Source: Lama guanicoe (taxonomy: Eukaryota). From it: DNA of 64,000 nucleotides. The DNA lies in the NCBI GenBank assembly GCA_013239625.1, contig MU054187.1:14354974-14418973 (forward strand). The letters are read 5' to 3'. Below are positions 28,228-40,063 of the stretch, piece after piece; within the stretch, counting starts at the first letter, position 1; the number at the start of each line of letters is the position of its first letter. The position numbers and the translations under genes were made by a program. The notes below the pieces were generated by a model, which saw only the letters and a program-made list of their open reading frames with translations, was not told where the DNA came from and made no database searches.

Positions 28228-28602
28228 TGCTGTGGGTGGTTAGTATCACTCCCTATCGCCCCACCCCAGTTCATATGTTGAAACCCAACCCCAAGGGTGA
28301 TACTGCTTGGAGATGAGGCCTTTGGGAGATAACGAGTTCAGGAGGGTGGAGCCTTCATGAATGGGACTAGTGTCTTTACAGGAAGAGGCACGAGAGAGAA
28401 GACCTCTCCCTCTGTGCCAAGTGAGGGCCCAGCAAGGAGGTGGCCATCTGCAAACCAGGAAGAGGACCCCCACCAGAAGCAGCCCAGGCTGGCACACTGA
28501 TCTTGTTCTTTTCAGCCCCCAGAACTATGAGAAATACATTTCTGTTACTGAAGTCCTTCAGTCTCTGGTATTTTGTGGAGGTAGCCCAAACTGACCGAGA
28601 CA
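28228..28602 (+). mobile_element. MaLR solo LTR, MLT1A0-like, complete with 5-bp TSD
   Basis: TGCTGTGG...GTTCATATGTTGAAACCCAACCCC...GGGTGGAGCCTTCATGAATGGGA...AGCCCAAACTGACCGAGACA. Perfect TSD AACGG at 28223-28227 and 28603-28607. Confidence 0.9.
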
Positions 28603-29209
28603 AACGGAGAGGAAAAATGACCTGGCCCCAGATTTAAATGACGGTAGGGCCAGGCAAGAAGCCACACCTTCTGCTCTCTCTACCAGACTAAGCAGATTTT
28701 CTACGAGAAGAAGCTATACCTGTTTCTCCTGCGTCAGTTTAGAAAGAGAGTTTGGGTAGGAGACTGAGGATTAGGATTGGGAGATAAAAGGATTCTGGGA
28801 CAGACATGGCAGGAGACCTATTTGATAAAACAGGGAAATAAGTAAAACGCCATTTTTTGTAGTCTCTAGAGAAGACAGGTTGAGGGTTAGGGCTTTTGCA
28901 TGGAATCTATCTGTGATCAATTCAAGAAAGGAAAACAGTGTGGGTCAAAGGAAACAGGGTGAGATGTGGATTGGCAAGTGACTACTTCTGCTGGGCAAGA
29001 ACACACACGTGAAAAATATCTAGACAGAGGGCACCTGGCAAGAGTCAGGTTAAAGCTGAAGTTAAAGCAAAGCAGCTTGGAGAACAAAGCTGCAGCCCAG
29101 GAAAATGGGAAACAGCTGAACAGATTTATGAGCAGGTACCTAACTGATGTGACTTTTAAATGTGCACATATATTTTATTTTTATATAAGAGTGACAAACA
29201 GGCGGCACA

Positions 29210-29380
29210 AAGCAGTAAGAGGAGCCTAACTGTCCCACTTTAATTCAGAAGCCCTGGTTTTAGGTCCCTCTCTTAAAACTTGCAGACTGTTACTTCGGGC
29301 AAGTTACTTAGCCTCTCTGAATCTTTGTTTCCTCTTAAGATGACATAACGCTGTATTTCTGTAGGGTTGTGGTGAGGGCT
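29210..29380 (+). mobile_element. MIR SINE fragment
   Basis: GGGCAAGTTACTTAGCCTCTCTGAATCTTTGTTTCCTC...AGGGTTGTGGTGAGG. Confidence 0.7.
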
Positions 29381-30099
29381 GACTCTTCATTAAAAAGTTC
29401 AGATTTGTTTTTCAAATGATTACATTCGGGGTTGGATTAGGTTGTTAGCCAGTTTTCCCAAAAGCTTGTAGGCAGATACGCCTTTATGTCTCCATGACTC
29501 GGCGACCCCCCAGCTGTAAGGGAGTCTGGGAAAATGGCAACCAGTTTTGCTCTTTTGGGGATTTTTTTGTTTGTTTGGTTGGTTTTTTGTCTCTATAAAG
29601 AGAAGAATTTCAGGCAGAAGGGAGTGAGGAAAGGCTTTGGACTCAGTCAACCAATGCCTTGGCACCCATGCCAAGCAGCGGCCGCACATGCATAAATGGA
29701 CAGAGGAACGGGCCCATGGGCCCAGCAAGCTATGCGGTAAATTAGCAGTGATGGAGACAGTGGGATGCAATAGCCCATTAAGAGAAACTGCTGAAGCAGT
29801 ACCACCACCAGTTTCCAGGAATAATACGCAGGCATGTTTCCAATGAAACTGAGGAGATCGAGCTGCCTTTTTTTAGAGTCTCCCTTTTTGACGATCTGAT
29901 GCCACCATTTGCTTTTCACTTGTCATTTCTCCCTCCTACACCCTCAAATGGTTTTTAGGTCTCCTTAATCAGGACTCTCTAATGCCATTCTAGGCTCCAC
30001 TTTCCAGGGTTTCTGGCTCACTCTCTTTCCCCTAATAGCTCAACTACCTTCTTATGTTTAATTTTCTCAGACTCCAATTCTTGGTTATTGCTTCTGCAA

Positions 30100-30160
30100 C
30101 AGAAAAAGAAAGAAGAGAAGGAAGGAAGGAAAGGAGGGAGGGAGGGAGGAAGAAAAAGAA
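30100..30160 (+). repeat. Purine-rich (GGAA/GGGA)n simple repeat
   Basis: AAGGAAGGAAGGAAAGGAGGGAGGGAGGGAGGGAAG. Confidence 0.8.
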
Positions 30161-30519
30161 GTTCAAGCTGAGGGGGGTTATATTCACATTTTACTAGTAG
30201 CCATTAATGCCGGAATGAAAGTACTGCCACAGGTAACACAGGTATGACCGGGGGCACTGCAGGACAGGACCAGCGGAAAGGACATTTTCAGATTAGGGGC
30301 CCTCACCTTAACTTTGTCAGAGAACACCTCCCCACGGGGGTTAAGGCAACACAGTCTGGGAGCAGAAATGCAAGAAGGGAGAGCAGAACGGACTTGCCTG
30401 TCATCAGCGAGGGGGGCGACGGGACGGAGGGTGGTGCACAGAACTGGGTGGGGAAGGGCAGAGCTGCCCCAATGTGAGAAGGAAAACGGATGTGCTAGGG
30501 AGAGATGATGCTCCAAAAA

Positions 30520-30633
30520 GGGGAGGATATAGCTCAGTGGTAGAGCGCATGCTTAGCATGCACAAGGTCCTGGGTTCAAACGCTAGTGCCTCCATTATAA
30601 ATAAATAGATAAAAACCTAGTTCTCCCCCCAAA
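30520..30633 (+). mobile_element. Camelid tRNA-derived SINE (Vic-1-like)
   Basis: GGGGAGGATATAGCTCAGTGGTAGAGCGCATGCTTAGCATGCACAAGGTCCTGGGTTCAAA (A and B boxes), followed by an AT-rich and C-rich tail. Confidence 0.9.
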
Positions 30634-31390
30634 TATATTTTTTTTTAAATCTTCATAAAAAGCTACACAGTTGGGTAACACCCAATCAAAATAGTGCCAC
30701 TAATGGATTAATTATTACCATGGAGCTCTAACTGTGAATTACACATGGTAACCAAGGAGGGCCAGGGCGGGCCTAGGGAGGATAGGATGGCAGAGGGCAT
30801 AGTGAAGGGAAATAAAAGTTGGCCTCAAATTAAAGCGTACCCCCGGCATCCCCTTTGCTTATTCCTCAATAGAATGAATTTTTTTGGTCCTGGGTTTAGC
30901 TACAAGTGCGTACTATTAGAAAACAATCAATAAAGGAGTATATACAGGTAAATTAGGGAATAATCACTCACAGTATAAAATTATTACTGACTTTACAAAA
31001 TGAATTCTCCTTGAGGTTTTCTTAAGTGCCACTTAAACTACTACTCAGGTTATCAAAGATATATTTTTTTAATGTACAGTACAGCTTTTAAGAGTTCTAT
31101 TTCATAAGGTAATTCCATGTAATAGAAAGACAGAAGTTTCAGTCAATTGAGTTCGGCATTAAAAAACAAAACAAAACAAGAGGCGTACGCTGCTAACAGA
31201 GAAAGGAGGCAGAAAAGGGCAGCCTACCTTCGGGTGTAATAAGAGGTCTTTATATGCTGTGCCAGTAAGCTCCCGTTTCACCAAGAAGAATTCATTAAGT
31301 GGAGAGAAAGTCAATAAAAATGAGCTTTATTAAAAAAGAACTGATGTAATTAAAGGTATTGGTGGAAACGAGCTCAGTTATGAAGGGGAA

Positions 31391-31401
31391 ATGACTCAGC
31401 A
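31391..31401 (+). promoter_or_regulatory. Perfect ARE/NF-E2 motif ATGACTCAGCA
   Basis: Read directly, in apparently unique sequence. Motif match only. Confidence 0.35.
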
Positions 31402-31783
31402 ACACGGTTAAGAAATGAAACAATATACCATAGAAGCTTCTCCCGATTGAAGTTATTTCAGGAGGACACTATGATCCTCTACATAATCTGTAATAGCCAA
31501 GGTGAATGCTAGCGTGATGGAGGAAGAAGTGCTCCCATAAAACTGTCATTCTCCAAATAACAGTGAATTATAGTATTGACAGTGCTTGCAGCCCGGGAAG
31601 CCTGTCCTCAGGGGTAGTAAGAAAGAGAGCCCCTGCAAGACTCGGGCTGGCAGCTTAAGACGGGCAGGGGTGATTTTCATGCATACTGTTCTGTAAGTTA
31701 CCATCTAAATGAGAATATTTGGTCTCTGCAACACGTAAAGCTGCAGACTAGAGGAAATAGGCTTAAGACTCTCTGAAAATCTA

Positions 31784-31820
31784 GGAGATGTATAGCTCAG
31801 TGGTAGAGCATGTGCCTAAC
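31784..31820 (+). mobile_element. 3'-truncated Vic-1-like SINE head (A box only)
   Basis: GGAGATGTATAGCTCAGTGGTAGAGCATGTGCCTAAC between direct repeats AAGACTCT(CT)GAAAA. Confidence 0.7.
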
Positions 31821-33294
31821 AAGACTCTGAAAAGCCCAGGTGAGATCCTATTTCCGTGGAAACAAGTATGCAGGCCAGTCAAATGAAACACACACGTCAC
31901 AGGGCAGCAGAGTGGCCATGCAGTGTGGTTGGGAAAAAGGATCATCCCATCCAAGGTGATGTGGTCGTAGTCACGTGGTTGGCATGGAGGGCAAAAATCC
32001 ACACACCTCAGGACCAGGTAATGTGCACGCGGGGGCATTGTTGCAGACCTCAGATATATGGATATGCAAAGAAGGCAGAGGAGTTGTGGGAGTGACTAGC
32101 GCCCTCTCCCCCCGGGAGCTTACTGCTGTCTTGTGATCTCAACACGGGCCTGGGAGACAGAGAAACAGCCGGAGGCCTGGAGTTGCCAGGGATGCCATAT
32201 GACAAGTGACTGCTGAGTCTAACACCTTCTAATATAACACCATCAAAAGACTTAAGAGCTTATTTGCTAAAAAATAAAATAAAAGGTGGATCAGAAGACG
32301 CTCCAAGCACTAGAAAGCTTGGTGCAGTGTTCTGCTAGCTGCCTCACCCTCACGTCGAGGGGGAAGATACCGAGGGTATTGTGAGAAGGGAGACGGGAGA
32401 AGTTTGGAAATGTCCAGTTACCAAGATAAAAAATAACCCATAATAAGATCAGCTCCAAATGGATGGCACATTCCAAATTAGAATATGACGTTTTCCTACA
32501 CACTGATCCACACAACATTCCTCGTCTACCCCAGAGAGTTGCTAACATAATCAGATGAACTACTGCCTGCAAGAATGATTTACAAACTATAAATCCTTTA
32601 AGAACTTACTGTGGTGTGTGGTCAGAATGGTTAAAAAACAAAACAGAACCCCAAATACCTCAGGGAGCTTGAAGAGGAATATCTAAAAACGGTTAGGTCT
32701 TCATCGTGTCTCTGGAGTCTGCAGGCATTTTTCTCTTAAAATATCTGCCTACGCACATCAGAACTGCATCGTTTGGGGCAGTAAAAGGGAGACTGTCTAA
32801 TAAAGTATAAATAAAACTTGGGTGACCGAGTTTGGGGGAATGGGTTCCTTCAGAGTCTAATTATTATCAACTGATCATGACAAGAAAGGGGAAAACATTT
32901 GAAAATGTTTTGGTGAATCTGAAACTTTGTTTACCTTACCTTTAGCTTTCTACCCACAAATTGCTGCTCTCTTAACACACAAAAGCCAAAACCAAACTAC
33001 CACTTTCTCTCTCTAAGTATTGCTTAGGATTCAGTGTTTCCCAACTTTGTCTACTTTCCCTCCTCATGCAGAGGAGGCGTGTCCCGCCCCTCCCCCATCT
33101 TGATTGGAATTCTGTTGGGAAGAGATGAGAAACAAAGCAGGCTGGTTTGAACTAAAATTCATCCATGCCTTTTAATAGATTGTAAAGCTGATTTCTATCC
33201 AACCTTCCAAGAGATTCATCGTCCACATGCCAAAGTATCACAAAATGCTATGTGAAAAAATGGGTCTTTCTACCCAGTAGAAATGGGTAGTGTG

Positions 33295-33735
33295 ATCTCC
33301 AAAAGATATAATAAAAGAATGTACATAACAATGTTCATAATAGCCAAAAACTGAAATGGATAAATTGTGGGTAGTCCAGACAGGGAATATTACATAGCAT
33401 TGAAAATGAATGACCTATAGTTACACTCAACACTATATAACAACATAAAACAGAGTGAAAGAAGTCACACAAGAATATATACAGCAAGGTTCCACTCCCA
33501 CAGGGTACAAAACCAGCACAACTAAATTATGCTGCGGGGAGCTAGGATGGTGGTGACTTCTGGGGACGGGGGTGTGACTGGGAGGGAGCACAGTGGGGGC
33601 TTCTGGGATGCCAGTGTGTTTCTTGAGCAGTCTCCTGATCACACAGCTGTGTTCAATTTTTGAAAATACATCAGGTGTATTCTTATATACCTTTTCCTGT
33701 GGTATATTTTGCTTCAGTATGACGCTTTTAAAAAG
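33295..33735 (+). mobile_element. L1ME-like 3' end
   Basis: TTCATAATAGCCAAAAACTG...GGATAAATTGTGG...GGGAGGGAGCACAGTGGGGGCTTCTGGGATGC...TGTGTTCAATTTTTGAAAATACATCA. Confidence 0.75.
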
Positions 33736-34293
33736 TGGAGCAGCCTCTAAGTTGACACGATTCAATTAGATTTGTTCTGACCGGTACTCTGACACCATCT
33801 GTTTTCAAATTTCCTAATTCCCGTGGGTCGGGAAGCAACTGATCAACAGAAATTCGATTGGTTTCTGAGGCTTAAAGCTGAGACACAGAATAAATGAATA
33901 AGTATTTTCACTCTTTCAGTAAATCATGGATTCAGTAAATGCATCTGTGAATTTAGTAGATTGTGGATGGACAGTCCATGGAGAGATACTTTGAATTCAG
34001 TGGGTGATATTTTGGCTTTTTGGATTTTGTTCCATTTTTGAGACGTCTTAAAAACCTTGGAGATGCCACATTCTCTACATGACGGAAATCTAAAAAAGTG
34101 GACCAATACCATCTATTGAACATAATTTAAATTGACAAAGGGTTTTCCCATTGATATATGACCAGGGTCTCATTTAATGGTAATATAGAACCATAGAAGA
34201 TTCCTTTTAAAATGAACATGTTATGATTTTAAACCACCCCCCACCCCTTTTATAGATCAAGAACCCGAGATTCGGAGAGGATACACCATACAA

Positions 34294-35228
34294 GTGAGGC
34301 AGAGCCATGAAGTCCTAGGAAATGGAGTGAGCACAGCAAATAGTTTCAACTCCAGGTAATTATTACTATTTACAAATAGGAATGACTCACAGCAGCTAAA
34401 TGCCCCTTGAAAGGTAAAAATAGCCCGAGTGCACATAAGTGTACACACGATGTATTTTCAAAAACTGAACACGTCTTTGGGTATTCAAATAGATATTCAA
34501 AAGCAGAATATCGACTAGAACTCAGGTTCCCTAACTACTCAGCCAGTTCACTTTCATTCTAGCTTTCGGGCTTCCATTGTACCGTTGGTTCACAGAATCG
34601 TGAACAACTAAAAAGAGATGATATGAAATGAAGTTACAATGGGCCAACACCAAAGTTTTCACTTATTGTGATATTTACATATTCTAAAGAGCAAATCCAA
34701 GAAATTGGGTGTTCCTAGGTGAGTACTGATTGTTAGAAACTGGCTAATGTCAGTTTAGGAACTCATATGTTAATAAAGAGTATCTTTTAAAAAATACTAA
34801 TACTCTTTTATTGAAAATTATGATTATTTCCATAATTACCATAGTTACCAATGGGAACTGTGTTGGCTATTTTATTTTTTCGTTCAAGAACACATATTGT
34901 CAGAAGAGCACTAAATGGCCTCAGATCAGCCAGAACAGAATTTATCAGGCCCTTCTACATACACCTGAAGACATATAACTGAGATAGATTTGATGTTGTC
35001 TATAACTTCTTAGCTTCTGGCTACTGGTCACACAGTTGTGTTCAATTTTTGAAAATACGTCAAGTGTATACTTACAGGCACTTGGGCTATTTTTACCCTA
35101 CAGTGGCCTTTCAAGGACTGTTTACCTGCTGTGAGTCATTACTGTTTGTCAATAGTAATAATTACCTGAAGTTGAAACTATTTACCGTGTTCACTCCATT
35201 CCCCAGGACTTGTAGGCCTCTGACTCAC
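34294..35228. repeat. Long imperfect inverted repeat: arms 34294-34472 and 35038-35228, spacer ~565 bp
   Basis: Manual alignment gives ~84% identity over ~179 nt plus one 11-nt indel. Also visible as paralogous ORFs 34257..34448(-) and 35049..35237(+). Confidence 0.92.
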
Positions 35229-35767
35229 CGGCTGTAGAGCAAAGTAGTTTCATTATTTTTGAACCGACTTACCTCCTGGCTTTGTATTATAGGTAATGTA
35301 CTGTGACTTGACGTTGTGGCTGTTACTCAGATTAAAAATATAAGTTCCCTTGATCATGGCTGCATAACATTTACGGTCTGATTCAGTACACTTCTAATGA
35401 CAGGAATTGCTACGTTAAACTAGGCTTTAAAATCAACCATCAAACAAACGAATTAACAACATAAAATTTTGTGGCGGACGTTAGGGTCCTAATAACATTC
35501 TCATGCTGAGACTCTCAGACGCGTGTATGTAAACTGCACTTCCTTCTCAAGCCTGAAGAAATGGTTACATCCCCCACGGCACTTGGACTCGCGGATGGAC
35601 CCACTGGCCACAGGCCCAGTGGAAATAGGGAAATAAACGCTCATGAGTGGATTCTAAGTACTGTAGAAATTCTAGCACAGAGATAGCATTAATTACATAT
35701 CATTCGAATCCTAAACAACAACTGAGGGTGGCCACGATGGGAAAGCAATTCACCCAGCAAATACTTC

Positions 35768-35860
35768 ATCTTTCCTTTGTTAACGGCGGTACTGGGGATA
35801 GAACTCAGGACTTTGCACATGCTGAACACGTGCTCTACCACTGAGCTGTTACCCTCCCCA
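35768..35860 (-). mobile_element. Camelid tRNA-derived SINE (Vic-1-like)
   Basis: Reverse complement of GGGGAGGGTAACAGCTCAGTGGTAGAGCACGTG...CCTGAGTTCTATCCCCAGTACC. TSD CAAATACTTC at 35758-35767 and 35864-35873. Confidence 0.9.
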
Positions 35861-36251
35861 CAACAAATACTTCTTGAGCGCCTGCTCTGGGAATTGGAGC
35901 TTAAAAGAGATAATCCATGCAAAGGGTTTAGCAGGGTGACTGGTATGTGATAAACACTCTGTAAATGTTATCAGGGTAACACTTCCTGAAGGAAGCAACA
36001 CTGAAGCTGACACGGGAAGGGCTGGAAGAATTAACTAGGCAGATGGGGTGGAGGAGGGAGAGAGAGCTGTCAAAGGTGAGAGAGGACAGCATCACTTTGG
36101 GACCATCAGGGGTTCAGGAAGGCTGAGATATCAAGTGGCAGGGGCAAGGGTTGGGGCGACAGAACGAGCAGGTGGCAGAGTATGAAGAGCCCCCCCCCCT
36201 TCTTATTACAGAGGTTGGTTTTTATCTTCTGTACAGTAAGAATCACAAACG

Positions 36252-36472
36252 GCAATGCTTTTCACACCATAGGACCTCATCTACTGGTTAGCTCTGAAAT
36301 CGTGTTCATGGGTTTTCACCAGCATTACTTTTTTTTTTTAATAAAAGAGATCAAAACAGAATAGGACAGAACAGAAAAAAAAAACTTGTTGATATATTTG
36401 GTCATGATGTATTGGGTCATAATGTTGAATTCTGTTCTTATTGAAAGCCACAGTCCAAAAGTTTAAAAGCCA
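36252..36472. mobile_element. Degenerate hAT-Charlie MITE inside an old minus-strand L2 region (~35960-36860)
   Basis: Ends CAATGCTTTTCACAC... and ...CACAGTCCAAAAGTTTAAAAGCCAC are roughly inverted. Flanks are purine-rich antisense L2-like sequence. Confidence 0.45.
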
Positions 36473-36972
36473 CATCTTTGAAGTATTTAAGCGGAGAAAT
36501 GATACAAACAGCCTTTCGCTTTGGAAAAATCAATTTGGCTGCTGTGTAGAAAGGACTGGAGGGAGATGAGTGTGAGAACAGGAAGGATAGTTGCCACAGT
36601 TAGACTACAGATGACAGCCTTCAGCCCAGGGTGGGGCTAGTGAGGACAGACAGAAGTTCTGCAGCTGGGTACCAGGATGCTGAGCAGGGTAAGAGCTAGG
36701 TGGGGAAGGTGTCGGAAATGCAGCCTGGGTTGCCCAAGTTTCTACCTTAGGCAACTGGCTAAGTCTTTCTGCCCTTCTCTGAGGCAAGGAACACCAGAGC
36801 CAAGGTAGTTCTGAAGGCACAAGAAAATTATTAGGTCAGGACATGCTGGGGTACAAGGTTGAAGATATGGAGCATAAGCACAATTTAGAGAACTTTCTCT
36901 GTAGAAAATGAACAAACCAATCATTAAGGGTCTATTGTCTGAGGCTAAAAGTTAGCATAAATATTGGTACTA

Positions 36973-38125
36973 CTTTCTCCTAGAAGAAATAAAAGCAAGA
37001 ATAAACAAATGGGACCTAATGAAACTTACAAGCTTCTGCACAGCAAAGGAAATAAGAAGTAAAACAAGAAGAAAACCTATGGAATGGGAGAAAATTTTTG
37101 CAAGTGAAACCGACAAAGGCTTGATCTCCAGAATATATAAGCAGCTCATACAACTCAATAAGAAAAAAATAAACAACCCAATCCAAAAATGGGCAGAAGN
37201 NNNNNNNNNNNNNNNNNNNNNNNNNNNNNNNNNNNNNNNNNNNNNNNNNNNNNNNNNNNNNNNNNNNNNNNNNNNNNNNNNNNNNNNNNNNNNNNNNNNN
37301 NNNNNNNNNNNNNNNNNNNNNNNNNNNNNNNNNNNNNNNNNNNNNNNNNNNNNNNNNNNNNNNNNNNNNNNNNNNNNNNNNNNNNNNNNNNNNNNNNNNN
37401 NNNNNNNNNNNNNNNNNNNNNNNNNNNNNNNNNNNNNNNNNNNNNNNNNNNNNNNNNNNNNNNNNNNNNNNNNNNNCTTACCATATGACCCAGGAATCCC
37501 ACTCCTGGGCTTGTATCCAGAAGGAAATCTACTTCAGGANNNNNNNNNNNNNNNNNNNNNNNNNNNNNNNNNNNNNNNNNNNNNNNNNNNNNNNNNNNNN
37601 NNNNNNNNNNNNNNNNNNNNNNNNNNNNNNNNNNNNNNNNNNNNNNNNNNNNNNNNNNNNNNNNNNNNNNNNNNNNNNNNNNNNNNNNNNNNNNNNNNNN
37701 NNNNNNNNNNNNNNNNNNNNNNNNNNNNCATTCTAAGTGAAGTAAGCCAGAAAGAGAAAGAAAAATACCATATGAGATCGCTCATATGTGGAATCTAAAA
37801 AACAAAAACAAACAAACAAACAAAAACAAAGCATAAATACAGGACAGAAATAGACTCATGGACAGAGAATACAGACTTGTGGTTACCAGGGGGGTAGAGG
37901 GTGGGAAGGGATAGACTGGGATTTCAAAATTGTAGAATAGATAAACAAGATTACACTGTATAGCACAGGGAAATATACACAAAATGTTATGATAAATCAC
38001 AGAGAAAAAAATGTGACAATGAGTGTGTATATGTCCATGAATGACTGAAAAATTGTTCTGAACACTGGAATTTGACACAACATTGTAAAATGATTATAAA
38101 TCAATAAAAAATGTTAAAAAAATAA
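36973..38125 (+). mobile_element. Young 5'-truncated camelid L1 (ORF2 C-terminus, 3' UTR, polyA) with 16-bp TSD
   Basis: ORF 37019..37798 reads [10 protein letters not shown]...NPIQKWAE...LPYDPGIPLLGLYP...ILSEVSQKEKEKYHMRSLICGI*, with no visible stop. G-rich 3' UTR, AATAAA and A tail. Perfect TSD ATAAATATTGGTACTA at 36957-36972 and 38126-38141. Confidence 0.96.
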
Positions 38126-38834
38126 ATAAATATTGGTACTAATGTTAGATACACATATGTGTGTGTGTTATGTATTTTGTAAGGAAATGGAGTTAAGTAA
38201 GTTAATGCAAGTGCCTAGACTTTGGGAACAAATGGGAAAAAAAGACTAAAGTAAATGCAAGTAAGAATCCTTATTAACAGAGTAAGTGTAAAGGTTAAAG
38301 ACAACGCATATGAGCATCTAGCATAATACCTGACTCACAGCAGATGCTCTAAAAGTCAGTTTTTCTTTCCTCCCACTGTCCTCTATCATGTTAACAGTTC
38401 TTAAGATACAGCAAGATAAACTACATGAGCATATTTCAGGTCATCTGCTAGCTAGATTTACCAGATGATGCTATGATTCACAAAACTGATCACATTCTTT
38501 GTTTTACAAGGGCTGCCAAGAAGCAAATGGGTGAATCCAAATGTACGGAGACTCAGCCCATGCATTTTGTAAATCTCACCTCAGTCTTATTTTTAAGCCT
38601 CTTCCTCGATTCTTTCACTTAAACAATATCACTGAGAAGTTTTTAAAGTCACCTTAAATCTTTTTTTGAAGTAAGTCAAAGCCTACAGATGGGAAGATGG
38701 ATAAATAGATTAGACAGATAGACAGATGGTTGAAATTCATGGATGGCTGCATATTTGATTATTAATCAAAGACCTATGTGTTTCAGTAGCTGAATTAGTT
38801 CCCTGAACCTTGTTTCTTTCTTTTTCTAGAAGTA

Positions 38835-39185
38835 CTTATAATGAAAAAAATTTAAACATATACAAAACTAGAGAAAATAATATAACAAATAGTACAATGA
38901 ACCCATGCCGCAGCTTTAACAATTGTCAACACAGCCAATTTCATTTCCTGTAGAGCCTCACCCACTTCCCCAACTCCTGGATTAATTTAAAGCAAATCTC
39001 AACCACTATATTCATTGCATTGGTAAATATTTTAGTATGAATTTCCAAAAAAGAAGGACTCTTTAAAAACATAACCATAACCTCATTATCACATCTTAAA
39101 AAAGTTAACAATAATTCCTTAATACCATTCAACATCAGCCAGTGTTCAAATTTCCCCCAATTGTTTAACTTTTTTTTTTAACAGG
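38835..39185 (-). mobile_element. L1MC4/L1ME-like 3' UTR fragment
   Basis: TTTAAACATATACAAAACTAGAGAAAATAA...AATGAACCCATG...TAAAAACATAACCATAACCTCATTATCACA...TAACAATAATTCCTTAATA. A similar remnant lies at 1-170. Confidence 0.7.
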
Positions 39186-40063
39186 TTGAATTTTAGATAC
39201 TGATTATTTCTGGATCAACTCATAAAACAGTTCCTCAGTAATTTAAATTTAGGACCAGAATGGGAAACTTACCACAGAATTTTCCCTTCATGGCCTGAGG
39301 CTGGATTCCTCCAGCTCCTCCTTATCCTTTTTTTTTTCTCTTCCTGTGGTCCTTTCATCTTCCCATTTTGCCTCATTTTCTTTATCTACAACTTGAGTTC
39401 ACTAGTGCATGTGCATACATGCACACACACATAATGGGGGGAGCTTTACAACTTGCTGGTTGTGTAAAAATGAACGCTTGATATAAAAAGGGAAATTGTC
39501 ATACAGCAGAGAAATGGGTTAAACAAGTCCTTAAGAAAACTACTCTGTAGAATTACCAAATTTATAACTAATGACAAAACTTTGAGCAGGATGTCTTCTA
39601 ATGCAGATATAACTATAAACACTGTACACCCAGATATATGTATATGTATCTATGTATAGATACATAGATGCGTGTGCATTTGTGTGTATGTAGGCCTAAA
39701 AAGAACACTTCACTGTGCATATTTGAAATAAAATGTCTTATTCCAGAGTCTGAAAAATTTAACATCCTTCAGAATATATTTAGAAACACAGACATATTAA
39801 AGTAAATGGCTTCAGGAAAAAAAAAAACAAAACAGCACCCCACAGAGTCATCGTGTCTTTCCACCTCCTGCTCTAGTGTCTGCCGCCTCAGCGGACTCCC
39901 TGTCTCCGGTCTCTCCCATTGCATCAGACACACTGATGCTGACAGACATAGTTTCCTAAAACACAGATCCAACATGCCATGTCTTGAAAATCATCCACTG
40001 CCCACAGAATCAAGTTCCAGTTTCTACAAGTGGCAGTCCGGGTTGACGGCAATCCCCCTGCAG

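Noticed and set aside
30520-30595. tRNA gene calls at the tRNA-like sequences (also 35768, 43505, 49411, 53737)
   Set aside because: They are diverged, carry SINE tails and in some cases TSDs, and lack a clean cloverleaf. They are SINEs.
34257-35237. Paralogous micropeptide pair (FSCCES..FVNSNNYL.LKLF)
   Set aside because: The similarity follows from the DNA inverted repeat. An 11-nt indel shifts the frame upstream, and neither has an ATG at the listed start.
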